Below, in pieces: positions 42,633 through 55,502 of a DNA stretch of 64,000 bases (positions are counted from its first letter, which is position 1; every line of letters begins with the position of its first letter). The notes below the pieces were generated by a model that worked only from the letters and a program-made list of their open reading frames with translations, was not told the origin of the DNA and ran no database searches. A program made the position numbers and the translations under genes. Source of the stretch: an uncultured Gammaproteobacteria bacterium. Lineage in GTDB: Bacteria; Pseudomonadota; Gammaproteobacteria; DRLM01. The stretch covers positions 376,205-440,204 of the forward strand of contig CAVSNY010000002.1 in NCBI GenBank assembly GCA_963729605.1, in the 5' to 3' direction.

Positions 42633-45844
<3,212 letters not shown>

Positions 45845-45874
45845 GAGTTTTGACATGACCGATGGCGTTTGATC

Positions 45875-48800
45875 ATGCAGTTCATCACCAACGGCCCCGA
45901 TATTCCGGATGCGCTCGTGCAAGCGCACGAGGAAGGTCGCGTGGTGTTTTTCTGCGGCGCGGGCATCTCTTATCCCGCCGGCCTGCCGGGCTTCAAGGGG
46001 CTGGTCGAAGAGATCTACCGGCTAAACGGCACCGCGCCCTGGGAGATCGAGCGCGAGGTATTGGACCGTGGGCAGTTCGACGCCACGCTAGACCTGCTGG
46101 AGAGGCGCCTGCCGGGTCAGCGTCTGGCCGTCCGCCGCAAACTTGCGCAAGCACTGAAACCGAAACTGCGTCGCAAGGGTGCCACCGATACGCACGCGGC
46201 CCTGCTGCGGCTTGGACGCAGCCGTGAGGGCGCGCTACGGCTGGTCACCACCAACTTTGACCGCGTGTTTCACGCGGCAGCCAAACGCATCGGTCAGGCA
46301 TTCCAGGCCTATGCCGCGCCGATGTTGCCGGTCCCGAAGAACAGCCGTTGGAACGGGCTGGTCTACCTTCACGGCCTACTGCCTGAAAAGGTCGACGACA
46401 CAACACTGAACCGCCTAGTGGTCACCAGCGGTGATTTCGGCCTAGCCTATTTAACCGAACGCTGGGCTGCCCGCTTCGTGAGTGAGCTGTTCCGCAACTA
46501 CGTCGTCTGCTTCGTCGGCTACAGCATTAACGATCCGGTGTTGCGCTACATGATGGATGCGCTGGCCGCCGATCGGATGCTCGGCGAAATCACACCGCAG
46601 GCATGGGCGTTGGGCGACTGCGAGCCAGGACAGGAGCACCGCAAGACAATCGAGTGGAAAGCGAAGGGTGTCACGCCCATTCTTTACCATGTGTCTGGGA
46701 GCCTTGGGCATTCGGTATTGCACCAAACATTGCAAGCATGGGGAGACACCTACCGCGACGGCGTTCTGGGTAAGGAGCGCATCGTCGTCAGTTACGCTCT
46801 GGCGCGGCCATCGGCAAGTACGCAGCAGGACAATTTCGTTGGTCGGATGTTATGGGCCATATCGGACAAATCGGGGCTGCCAGCTAAACGTTTTGCCGAC
46901 TTTAACCCTGTTCCGTCGCTGGACTGGTTACTCGAAGCCTTCTCAGATGAACGCTTTGGGCACAGCGATCTGGCCCGGTTTGGCGTGCCGCCGCGGGACG
47001 AGACCGACGCCAAATTGCGCTTCTGCCTGATTCACCGGCCTCCGCCTTATGACCACGCGCCACCGATGCTGCTAGCTTTCGGTGACATCGTCGGCAGCCG
47101 GTGGGACGACGTGATGTTGCACCTGGCGCGCTGGCTCACGCGACATTTGGATGACCCGAGGCTGATTCTCTGGATTGCGCAACGCGGCGGCCGGTTGCAC
47201 GATCGCTGGCTGTGGCTGATCGAAAGCGAGCTGGATCGTTTGGCGTCGTTGGAGCGTAGCGACAAGACGGCCGAACTTGACGACATCCGCTCACACGCGC
47301 CCAGGGCCATCCCTGGTCCCTTGATGCGCACCCTGTGGCGTCTGCTGCTCAGCGGCCGGGTAAAATCATCGTCGCACGATCGTGATCTCTATCGATGGAA
47401 AGATCGGCTAAAGCGGGAGGGGCTGACCACTACGCTGCGCTTGGAGTTACGCGAACTGCTCGCGCCACAGGTGGCCTTGAAGAAGCCGTTACGCTGGGGT
47501 GAGGAAGAAGAAAGCGCGGACGAACCCACGCGCTTGCGGCGACTCGTGGATTGGGAGCTGGTGCTCGGAGCCGATCATGTGCATTCGGCCCGGCGCACCT
47601 TTGCCCACGAGCAATGGGCATCTGCCCTGCCGAAACTACTGGAGGACTTCCAGCAACTGCTGCGTGATGCGTTGGACTTGTTGCGCGAGCTGGGCGAGGC
47701 TGATGACCGCAACGACCGATCGCACTGGGATATGCCATCGATTACGCCGCACTGGCAGAACCGGGGGTTCCGCGACTGGGTGAGCCTGATCGAATTGCTG
47801 CGTGATGCGTGGCTGTCGCTTCGTGACAGCGACAGTGCGCGCGCGACGCGGATTGCCCAGATCTGGTTTACGTTGCCGTATCCCACCTTCAAACGCTTGG
47901 CGCTGTTTGCCGCCAGCCAAGATGACTGCATCCCGCCCGAACAGTGGGTGGATTGGCTATTGGCCGATGGCACATGGTGGCTGTGGTCCACCGATGCGAG
48001 ACGGGAGGTATTCAGACTGATCGTTCTGCAGGGGCGGCAGCTGGCAGCGACTGCTCAGCAACGTTTGGAAGCCGCTATCTTGGCCGGCCCGCCGCGCGAG
48101 ATGTACCGGGATGATCTGGAATCAGAGCAGTGGCAAGGCCTGGTGGCCCGCTCCGTCTGGCTGCATCTGGCCAAACTGAGCGCATCGGGCCTCGCTCTGG
48201 GAGGGCCGGCAGCGGCACGCTTGGCGGAACTGTCCAATGCCTACCCAAAATGGCAATTGGCGGTTAACGAGCGTGACGAGTTTTCCCACTGGATGAGCGG
48301 CACCGGTGATCCAGACTATAAAGACAGCCGGGATGTCGACATCGCACCTCGAAAGCGGCGTGAACTTGTTGAATGGCTCAGAAAGCCATCGCCCGAACCG
48401 CGTTCCTTCCACGAAGACACTTGGCGCGACGTCTGTCGCACCCGATTTTTTCACAGCCTGTATGCACTGTGCGATTTAGCGCGTGAAGGCGTATGGCCGG
48501 AAGGACGATGGCGAGAGGCTCTGCAGGCTTGGAGAGAGGAAGGCATGGTGCTGCGATCGTGGAGCTATGCCGCGCCGCTGGTGCAGACCATGCCCGACAC
48601 CGTCATCCAGGAAATTGCTCACGGTGTGACATTGTGGATCGAAGCCGTGTCCAAGTCGATCAACCAGCACGAGACCATCCTGTTGGATCTTTGCCGCCGC
48701 GTGCTGGCGCTGCCACTCGAAGCGGACACCGGCATGACTCGCAATGGCGAGCCGATTGACCAGCCTGTTACCGAAGCCATCAATCATCCGATTGGACATA

Positions 48801-49696
48801 TTTCGCAGGCGCTGATTAACCTTTGGTTCAAAGGTAACCCGAACGACAACGATTTGCTCCCAGCCCACATCAAACCTTTCTTCACTGTGCTGTGCGACGT
48901 ACGGGTAGACCGATTCCGCCACGGCCGTGTGCTGCTCGGCTGGACTTTGATCGCGTTCTTCCGGGTGGATCGAACTTGGACCGAGCAATACCTTTTGCCA
49001 CTGTTCAGTTGGAGCAACCCGGCCGAAGCAAAAGCAGTGTGGGAAGGCTTCCTGTGGTCCCCCCGCCCCTATCAGCCTTTGCTGACGGCTTTCAAACGCC
49101 AGTTCCTGGAAAGCGCACATCACTACGCCGATCTTGGTGAGCATCGCCAGCAGTTTGCAGCCTTCCTGACGTATGCAGCGTTAGGCCCGACCGAGGGATA
49201 CACTCTGGATGAGTTCCGATCCGCAATTGGTGCGCTGCCTCAAGAAGGGTTGGAGGAATCCGCTCAGGCGCTTTGCCAGGCACTTGAAGGAGCCGCCGAT
49301 CAGCGCGAGGACTATTGGAAGAATCGCGTCTGGCCGTTCTGGCTACAGGTCTGGCCCAAGTCCCGAGATTTGGCCACCCAGCGAATTGCAAAATCCTTGA
49401 CCCAGCTAGCTATTGCTGCCCGAGGCGAATTCCCGGCGGCCTTGATTGCAGTGCAGGGCTGGTTGCAACCGATTGAGCACCCGAATTACGTCGTACATCT
49501 GCTGCAAGAATCGGGCTTGTGCACGCGATTCCCGGCGGAAGCACTGCACCTACTAGATGCGGTGATTTCCGACCAACAATGGGCGCCTCGGGAGTTGAGG
49601 GAATGTTTGGACGAGATCGAGAAAGCAGCACCACGATTTGAACAAGATGCCCGTTACCAACGTCTTCGAAATTATTTGCGGAGACAAGGAATTTGA
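45875..49696 (+). CDS. dsr1: Defence-associated sirtuin, DSR1-like (SIR2 domain plus long helical C-terminus)
   Basis: MQFITNGPDIP..., FCGAGIS, TTNFD, YLHG, FVGYS..D; ~1270 aa. Confidence 0.85.
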   Translation: MQFITNGPDIPDALVQAHEEGRVVFFCGAGISYPAGLPGFKGLVEEIYRLNGTAPWEIEREVLDRGQFDATLDLLERRLPGQRLAVRRKLAQALKPKLRRKGATDTHAALLRLGRSREGALRLVTTNFDRVFHAAAKRIGQAFQAYAAPMLPVPKNSRWNGLVYLHGLLPEKVDDTTLNRLVVTSGDFGLAYLTERWAARFVSELFRNYVVCFVGYSINDPVLRYMMDALAADRMLGEITPQAWALGDCEPGQEHRKTIEWKAKGVTPILYHVSGSLGHSVLHQTLQAWGDTYRDGVLGKERIVVSYALARPSASTQQDNFVGRMLWAISDKSGLPAKRFADFNPVPSLDWLLEAFSDERFGHSDLARFGVPPRDETDAKLRFCLIHRPPPYDHAPPMLLAFGDIVGSRWDDVMLHLARWLTRHLDDPRLILWIAQRGGRLHDRWLWLIESELDRLASLERSDKTAELDDIRSHAPRAIPGPLMRTLWRLLLSGRVKSSSHDRDLYRWKDRLKREGLTTTLRLELRELLAPQVALKKPLRWGEEEESADEPTRLRRLVDWELVLGADHVHSARRTFAHEQWASALPKLLEDFQQLLRDALDLLRELGEADDRNDRSHWDMPSITPHWQNRGFRDWVSLIELLRDAWLSLRDSDSARATRIAQIWFTLPYPTFKRLALFAASQDDCIPPEQWVDWLLADGTWWLWSTDARREVFRLIVLQGRQLAATAQQRLEAAILAGPPREMYRDDLESEQWQGLVARSVWLHLAKLSASGLALGGPAAARLAELSNAYPKWQLAVNERDEFSHWMSGTGDPDYKDSRDVDIAPRKRRELVEWLRKPSPEPRSFHEDTWRDVCRTRFFHSLYALCDLAREGVWPEGRWREALQAWREEGMVLRSWSYAAPLVQTMPDTVIQEIAHGVTLWIEAVSKSINQHETILLDLCRRVLALPLEADTGMTRNGEPIDQPVTEAINHPIGHISQALINLWFKGNPNDNDLLPAHIKPFFTVLCDVRVDRFRHGRVLLGWTLIAFFRVDRTWTEQYLLPLFSWSNPAEAKAVWEGFLWSPRPYQPLLTAFKRQFLESAHHYADLGEHRQQFAAFLTYAALGPTEGYTLDEFRSAIGALPQEGLEESAQALCQALEGAADQREDYWKNRVWPFWLQVWPKSRDLATQRIAKSLTQLAIAARGEFPAALIAVQGWLQPIEHPNYVVHLLQESGLCTRFPAEALHLLDAVISDQQWAPRELRECLDEIEKAAPRFEQDARYQRLRNYLRRQGI

Positions 49697-49792
49697 GGTC
49701 AATGCGGCGGATTTCCTCATCGACCTCAGGGAGTACTTACCGCCCTGTGAGTCAGTTGTGCAGACGTCAACCATCCGCTACCAATAACAACC

Positions 49793-49820
49793 CCCAACCG
49801 TTCTTGGTTGGGATTTTCTT
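49793..49820 (+). terminator. Putative terminator after dsr1
   Basis: CCCAACC-GTTCTT-GGTTGGG followed by ATTTTCTT. Confidence 0.55.
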
Positions 49821-49913
49821 GCTCTGGTTTATAGCGCGCCCAATTTAGGTGACAATAGCTTGGCTTCTGGCATTCGGTTCCAAGACCGTCAGCGACAAGT
49901 ATCGGCGGAAAAA

Positions 49914-49932
49914 GCGGGTACGAGAGCGGGTA
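49914..49932. promoter_or_regulatory. Putative integrase arm-type sites, right end of island 1
   Basis: GCGGGTA-N5-GCGGGTA preceded by AAAA, same as at 24387-24405. Confidence 0.7.
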
Positions 49933-49986
49933 TTAAAGCAGAAGTGACAGGTAATGTTCCTTAAGGAACAATAGGATGTGCTTATA

Positions 49987-50016
49987 ATGCTGCTGATGAT
50001 CGATAACTACGATTAG
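49987..50016 (+). pseudogene. trpG: Regenerated trpG 5' end (MLLMIDNYD*), forming attR of island 1 and attL of the ICE
   Basis: ATGCTGCTGATGATCGATAACTACGATTAG, preceded by AGGA. Confidence 0.85.
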
Positions 50017-50053
50017 CGTCTACTGAAGGCCATTGACTTCCAAGGTGTAAACG

Positions 50054-50169
50054 TAAGTTGTTGATTATGAACTGTTGATCGTCTGCTGCTGTCTGCTCCC
50101 TGCTAGACCGATCCACTGCAAAAGTGTATAATGGTGTGTATAACGACTCGACGGGAGGGCGTTATACAC
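50054..50169. promoter_or_regulatory. IHF consensus and arm-type sites of the ICE integrase
   Basis: TAAGTTGTTGATT (50054-50066) fits YAANNNNTTGATW; GTGTATA-N5-GTGTATA (50124-50142); inverted TATACAC abutting the ATG. Confidence 0.65.
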
Positions 50170-51438
50170 ATGGCACTCAACCTTCTTACAGTACGCAAGA
50201 TCGAAGCGGCGCAACCTGGCCCCCGTGCCTATCTGCTCAGGGACGGCGGTAGCCTGTACGTGCGCGTCCAGGTCAATGGAAGCAAGCTCTGGTGGTATCG
50301 ATACCGCCTTGGGAAGACTCCCCACAACTACTCGATCGGTCCCTTCCCCAAGGTGTCCTTGGAGGCTGCGCGCAAGGAACGCGATTGGGCGCGTGCGCTG
50401 GTCCGCGAAGGTCGTGATCCGATCCTGGAGAAGCGGGTAAAGATCGCCAATCAGGTCGAGCAGAACGAGTACACGTTTGAAGAGGTCGCCCGCAGATGGA
50501 TGGCGAGCAATGTGCAGTGGGGCGAAGGGTACGCGGATCAAGTCAAGACCGTTCTCGAAAAGGACGTGTTTCCCGAGATTGGCAAGCTGCCGTTCGGTGC
50601 CATCAGGGCTTCTCACCTGCGTCCCATCATTCAACGTGTGGTTGAGCGCGGCGCCCCAACCGTTGCGATCTTGATCCGGCAGTGGTTCGGTCAGATCTTC
50701 GGATATGCGTCGGGTGAAGGGCTCTGTGACAACGACCCATCCGCCTTGCTGAAGCGATCGGTCAAGCGCCCGAGAGTTCGGCATCATCCACCGCTGACGT
50801 GGCAGGAGATTCCCGCCTTCTTGAACGGTGTGGATGATGCGGGCTATCGGGCCACCGTTATTGCGTTGCGGTTGATGGCTTTGACCTACGTCCGCACGGC
50901 CGAACTGCGCAAGGCGCACTGGTCCGAGTTCGATCTGGACAGTGCGTTGTGGACGGTTCCTGCGGGGCGCATGAAGATGCGCGATCCTCACATCGTGCCA
51001 CTCTCGAAACAGGCGATTGCGCTCTTGAAGGAGCTGCACACGCTGACGGGTGGTGGCAAGGTTCTGTTTCCCAGCTATCGGAAGCCAGGGGAGACGATCT
51101 CAGCCACAACGCTCAACAAGGTGTTGGAGCGCATGGGTTATGGTGGACGGTTTTCCTCGCACGGCTTCCGCTCAACTGCCACTACGCTGCTTGGTCTGTT
51201 GAGCTATCCCGAGAACCGAGTCGATCTGCAACTGGCCCACTCGAAGCGGAAGAAAGATTCGTCGCGCGCACCCTACGACCACACCAAGTACATCTCATCG
51301 CGGAAGATCATCATGCAGGATTGGGCGGACATCCTCGATGCGCTGGCCCGTGGCGATTCGATGAGCGAGGTCATGGAAACCTTCGGGCCGCTGTCGAAGC
51401 GGCGCAGGGCCTTGCTGCGGGTCATCGAGCGGGAGTGA
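50170..51438 (+). CDS. P4-like tyrosine integrase of the ICE
   Basis: DGGSLY arm-binding domain; VRTAE, HGFR, LAH, APY. Confidence 0.95.
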   Translation: MALNLLTVRKIEAAQPGPRAYLLRDGGSLYVRVQVNGSKLWWYRYRLGKTPHNYSIGPFPKVSLEAARKERDWARALVREGRDPILEKRVKIANQVEQNEYTFEEVARRWMASNVQWGEGYADQVKTVLEKDVFPEIGKLPFGAIRASHLRPIIQRVVERGAPTVAILIRQWFGQIFGYASGEGLCDNDPSALLKRSVKRPRVRHHPPLTWQEIPAFLNGVDDAGYRATVIALRLMALTYVRTAELRKAHWSEFDLDSALWTVPAGRMKMRDPHIVPLSKQAIALLKELHTLTGGGKVLFPSYRKPGETISATTLNKVLERMGYGGRFSSHGFRSTATTLLGLLSYPENRVDLQLAHSKRKKDSSRAPYDHTKYISSRKIIMQDWADILDALARGDSMSEVMETFGPLSKRRRALLRVIERE

Positions 51439-51461
51439 GGTGAGTGCCGGGCGGAGGCTGC

Positions 51462-52094
51462 TCAGGACATTGAGCGGGCGCGTCGAAGAAAGCCCTCTTG
51501 AGGCGCTGTCAGGGAAGCATCGGGTCGAATCAGGTAGGCGGTCACGATCATCGGTGCGCTCGCCAACGGCCGCAGAGCGATGCCCTGGCATTGATACCCG
51601 GCAAGCCTCTTGGATGGGGCCACAGCAATTCCGTACCCCGCTGCGACCATTGTCATGGCGACCTCGAACGTACTGACGGCTTCTTCGCGGTTCCACAGTT
51701 CGTTCTCGAACGCGCTCTGTGCGACCGTGCGCCACGATGCTTCGGCGGTTGATTGCGCATAGATCAGCGGCTGTTTGAGCGCTTCCTGGCAGGGTACTTC
51801 GCGGTAGGCCAGCAAGTGGGATCGCTTTGCCACAGCGACGGCCAGGGTGTCGTGCCACAGCGGTTCGCAAACCCAGCCCGGCCACTCCCGATGGGTGGTG
51901 GACAACGCGAAGTCGAAGCCATTGTCAGGTCGTTCCTGTTGTTGTCCGGTGGCCGCTGTACCGATCAGAACGGCCATGGTTTCCGGTTCTTCGGCGCGCT
52001 GTATGGCGAGCACGTCGGCGAGTTGGGGAGGAACCCAATCGCCGAGGACTGCCAGACGGATTTCAGTGGAGACGTCGATCGATCTCACGTGCAA
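51462..52094 (-). CDS. LysR substrate-binding-domain protein lacking the HTH
   Basis: EEPE, DFALS, EPLW.D.L.VAV...S.LL, MVAAGYGIA. Confidence 0.7.
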   Translation of the reverse strand: MHVRSIDVSTEIRLAVLGDWVPPQLADVLAIQRAEEPETMAVLIGTAATGQQQERPDNGFDFALSTTHREWPGWVCEPLWHDTLAVAVAKRSHLLAYREVPCQEALKQPLIYAQSTAEASWRTVAQSAFENELWNREEAVSTFEVAMTMVAAGYGIAVAPSKRLAGYQCQGIALRPLASAPMIVTAYLIRPDASLTAPQEGFLRRARSMS

Positions 52095-52182
52095 CTTCCG
52101 AAGGCGCTAAAGCATGGAAACTTAATCGAATGAGTTAAGTTTAACGTGGTTTATATCGTGGCGCTGATCGACGCTTTTGGCA

Positions 52183-52488
52183 ATGCAAAAGCGATCGATT
52201 CAACGCGGCCGACCAGCCGGGACAACTACATACGAAGCGGAACCAGCGATCGCGTTTGGGGCGGTGGTGCGGGAGGAAAGAACGAACCAGGGGATCGCAC
52301 AGGAAACGCTGGCCCACCTGGCCGGGATCGAGCGGTCGCACATGGGCAAGATCGAACGGGGCGAGCACGTACCCACGCTTCCCCTGATCCTCAAGATCGC
52401 CCGCGCCCTGAAATGCAGCTCTGCCCACCTGATGGCTGCGATGGAAACCAAGCTGGCCGAACTCGACCCACCCAAGCGCGGCAACTGA
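52183..52488 (+). CDS. XRE-family HTH regulator
   Basis: FG.VVR..R...GIAQE.LA..AGIERSHMGKIERGE..PTL. Confidence 0.9.
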   Translation: MQKRSIQRGRPAGTTTYEAEPAIAFGAVVREERTNQGIAQETLAHLAGIERSHMGKIERGEHVPTLPLILKIARALKCSSAHLMAAMETKLAELDPPKRGN

Positions 52489-52506
52489 GGGCGCGGTCAT
52501 CGCATC

Positions 52507-54354
52507 CTATTCCTGTTCGCCGTCGTTCTTGGCCCGAAGCGCCGAGTCGTCGCGCTTTGCCTCGGTGTTGGCGAGGCGCAGATAGGGGTTGTCCGGGGGT
52601 GTTTCATGGAACAGCGAATCGGCGCTGGTCAGTAGGTATCCGTGCAGCCGTCTGGACTTGCGCGGTCCCGTCACCTCGCAGTTCCAGATGTTCAGCCCGC
52701 TGGCCTGCTTGCGGTGCAAGCCCAGCTTCTCGAACTTTTTCTGCATCCACTGCCATTCCGGCAACTTGTCCTGCTTGACCAGCGGGCTGATCTGCGGGTG
52801 TTCCTGCGCATAGCGCTGGAACACGCCGGGACTGACGAGATACGCCGTGCCAGCCACGGTATGCACCAGTGCCTTGGCGTCGTTGATGATGAGCTTGCGG
52901 GTCTGGATGCTCTGACGCAGCCACGCGAGGAAATGAGCACCGGATGGATCGGAGCCGCTTTGGTGTACCGCTTGGACCGGCGTGGCGTCGGCAGGTCTGT
53001 CGTCCAGCAACGATGCGGGTTCGGGTTTCACGAGAGGTTGAAGCGGCGTAGCCGGGATGGTGGACGCGGGGGAGTCAAGCAGTTCCAGCAGTTCCGCGAC
53101 GCTGCTGTCCGCAGTCACTGGTGCGGCGGATTCGGTGGGCGCCAGGACGGATTCCCCTCTTTCCACGTCGATAGCCTCGGATGCTGTTGCCTGCGCCGCC
53201 GGTTCCTCCGACTCCACCTGCACGGTGCCCACGAAGGCCGCCGGGCGGTCGGCTGCTTCCCAAATCATCGCCGGGGACAGTTTCAGGAAGGTGAAGCTGT
53301 GCGACCAGCCGGCATCGCTCGTGACTGTGGCTTTCCAGATCGCCTTGCCGTCCGGCGTGGCCAAGGCGATGCCATGGTCCTGAAGCACGTTGAACACCGC
53401 CGTGTTACTGGCCGGGATGCCATCGATGCCCTGCGATAGCAGATGCGCCCGCAGCCTGTCGGAGACGGTCTTGCTCACCAGCCAGAGCGCGTCCTGGGTC
53501 AGCCAGCCGTCCGAAGCCTGGGGCTGGTTCAGCTTGAATTCCTCCTTGAGCAGATAGCGCAGGCCGTCGAGCAGCTTGCGTTGCAGCGCGTGCTTGGGTG
53601 CGGCCAGCGCTTTGTTCGGGTCGCCGCCGAGTTCGTGGGCGACCGAAGCCTGGTCGGCCTGCACGACTAACTCGCCAAGCGTGCCGGCATGCTCATACTG
53701 GCCGGCCAGGACGTACAACAGTGAGGTCCACAGATCGGTGAAGCTGCTGAGCCAGTCGAGGATCTCGCGGTCCAGCAGTCGGGTGTACAGCAGTCCGGTG
53801 GCGGCACCGTGCAGCCGATACTCGCGGTCCTTGCGGTAGCGGAAGCGATACGGCCGCTGCAACGGGCCATGCCAGGGATGCCAGAGAGTGCCATCGGCAT
53901 ATTCGACATGCAGATCGACAGCGATCTTGCCGATGTCGTGCAGCAGCGCCGCATAGGCGGTGCCAGCGGTCCAGGCTTCGGCCTGGGCCGCCTGCGCTTC
54001 CGGCGTGACGCCGGCGGGCAGCAGATGCGACTGCCGCAGCTTCAATGCGTAAGCCACGATCTCCAGGCCGTGGTCCAGCATGCCGCCCGGATAGGCGTGG
54101 TGGTGGCTCTCGGAGGCGGGGAACTGCTGCACCAGCTCGGCGTAGCGCTCCAGGGGCGCAGATACAGCGTGGCGAACTGCTTGCGCGACAGCGAGGTGCG
54201 TTGCCAGATGTGTTCCAGCAGCTTCTGCCGGCGCGGCGTCGCCAGCAGCGAGGCAGCCGACTCCGGCCGCGTCAGCCCTTTGGGGCATCGCTATGGAGGC
54301 GGTGGGCGGAGTGCCGGCGGTTGGTACCCTTTTGCGTTGGAACAGCGAGAACAT
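52507..54354 (-). CDS. traI: MobH-family relaxase (ICE TraI), with compensating +1/-1 frameshifts near the N-terminus
   Basis: PASESHHHAYPGGMLDH, ALLHDIGK (HD), ADQASV, IINDAKALVH. Confidence 0.9.
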   Translation of the reverse strand: MFSLFQRKRVPTAGTPPTASIAMPQRADAAGVGCLAAGDAAPAEAAGTHLATHLAVAQAVRHAVSAPLERYAELVQQFPASESHHHAYPGGMLDHGLEIVAYALKLRQSHLLPAGVTPEAQAAQAEAWTAGTAYAALLHDIGKIAVDLHVEYADGTLWHPWHGPLQRPYRFRYRKDREYRLHGAATGLLYTRLLDREILDWLSSFTDLWTSLLYVLAGQYEHAGTLGELVVQADQASVAHELGGDPNKALAAPKHALQRKLLDGLRYLLKEEFKLNQPQASDGWLTQDALWLVSKTVSDRLRAHLLSQGIDGIPASNTAVFNVLQDHGIALATPDGKAIWKATVTSDAGWSHSFTFLKLSPAMIWEAADRPAAFVGTVQVESEEPAAQATASEAIDVERGESVLAPTESAAPVTADSSVAELLELLDSPASTIPATPLQPLVKPEPASLLDDRPADATPVQAVHQSGSDPSGAHFLAWLRQSIQTRKLIINDAKALVHTVAGTAYLVSPGVFQRYAQEHPQISPLVKQDKLPEWQWMQKKFEKLGLHRKQASGLNIWNCEVTGPRKSRRLHGYLLTSADSLFHETPPDNPYLRLANTEAKRDDSALRAKNDGEQE

Positions 54355-54379
54355 GACGAACACCGGAGTAACGGGCTGG

Positions 54380-54480
54380 TGGGGGAGCCTTTTGGCCTTT
54401 TCGGGTAGGGCCTTTCCCCTTGACCCCGTTCCCTTGCCCCTTCCCAGCCCTTTTGGCCTTTATGGAAGCCTTTGGGTATA
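54380..54480. repeat. Pyrimidine-rich GCCTTT/CCCTT repeat tract upstream of the relaxase
   Basis: Many GCCTTT and CCCTT units on the + strand; CCTTTTGGCCTTT occurs twice. Confidence 0.45.
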
Positions 54481-54635
54481 GGGCAACCCGTGGGTATCCA
54501 GCCACAGACAAACGGGTTCTGGCCCATGCCGCTTTGAAAGCGGAAGGCAGCCTGTGTCCTGCTTACGATGTGCCTTTCCGCAGTGGGATGGAGCACAGCT
54601 TATGCAGCAGCACGACGCACCAAAGGGTTCCTGGA

Positions 54636-54664
54636 TTGACAAGGTAAGGAAATTTCCTTACTAT
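54636..54664 (+). promoter_or_regulatory. Sigma70 promoter with palindromic operator for prlF-yhaV
   Basis: TTGACA, 17 bp, TACTAT; perfect palindrome GTAAGGAAATTTCCTTAC (54644-54661) in the spacer. Confidence 0.8.
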
Positions 54665-54697
54665 CAAAGCATGAGGATCAAAGACAGGAGCCCGACC

Positions 54698-55015
54698 ATG
54701 CCCGGCATCCACGAACTCGCCACACTCACGTCCAAGGGACAGATCACGTTGCCCAAGTCCATCCGGCAGGCGCTGGGTGTGACCACCGGCGGCAAGGTGG
54801 CCTTCGAGCTACGCGGCGGCGAAGTCGTCGTCACCCGCGCCGAGGCCGAGCACGAAGACCCGGCGATCAGCGCCTTCCTGGGCCTGCTGGAAGCGGACAT
54901 CCGCAGCGGCAGGAACGTCGGAGCGCTGCCGGTGGAACTCGCCCAGGCCATGCTCGCCAACATGGGCCACGCCTCAGACCTCGATGAAGACATCGAGGGA
55001 GAAGTGGCACTTTGA
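54698..55015 (+). CDS. prlF: PrlF-family antitoxin (AbrB fold)
   Basis: AGGAG RBS; ATLTSKGQITLPK.IRQALG, EDP.I..FL.LL..DI. Confidence 0.85.
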   Translation: MPGIHELATLTSKGQITLPKSIRQALGVTTGGKVAFELRGGEVVVTRAEAEHEDPAISAFLGLLEADIRSGRNVGALPVELAQAMLANMGHASDLDEDIEGEVAL

Positions 55016-55479
55016 TGCAGCGCCACGGATGGGTGCTGCTGTTCCATGAGTGCATCGTGGAGCAGCTTCAGAAGCTGCACGCGGCGGCCGGACGCGCCGA
55101 GCGCAACGATCCGAAGGGCTTTGAGCGCAACGCCAACGTCAAGCTGTTTCGTGCGTTGAGCCAGTTGATCCTGGAGACGGTGCCGAGCGATCCGGCACGG
55201 GACGAATACCGCCAGGGTAATACCCTTGGGCCAGCCTATCGGCACTGGCGGCGCGCGAAGGTCGGACGGCGGTTTCGCTTGTTCTTTCGCTACGACTCCA
55301 AGGCGAAGACCATCGTGTTCGCCTGGGTCAACGATGAGCAGACGCTGCGGTCGGCGGGCAGCAAGTCCGACCCCTACGCCATGTTCGAGAAGATGCTCGA
55401 ACGAGGGAATCCGCCGGACGATTGGGACAGCCTGGTTGCCGCGAGCAGGTCTGATTGGTCCACACAGGAGAAGCGATAA
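55015..55479 (+). CDS. yhaV: YhaV-family RNase toxin
   Basis: GW.LLFH, YRQGNTLG...HWRRAK, RLFFRYDS, AWVNDE.TLR, PPDDW. Confidence 0.88.
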   Translation: MQRHGWVLLFHECIVEQLQKLHAAAGRAERNDPKGFERNANVKLFRALSQLILETVPSDPARDEYRQGNTLGPAYRHWRRAKVGRRFRLFFRYDSKAKTIVFAWVNDEQTLRSAGSKSDPYAMFEKMLERGNPPDDWDSLVAASRSDWSTQEKR

Positions 55480-55502
55480 ATCCTCCGCATGAGGTAACAG
55501 TG

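Noticed and set aside
49948-49957. CAGGTAATGT resembling the trpE stop region (GGGTAATGT at 24241)
   Set aside because: Short match at a different distance from the ATG; probably chance
54644-54661. Similarity of the prlF operator (GTAAG...CTTAC) to the rhuM palindromes
   Set aside because: Different spacer (8 vs 5 bp), different element, and adequately explained as a TA operator
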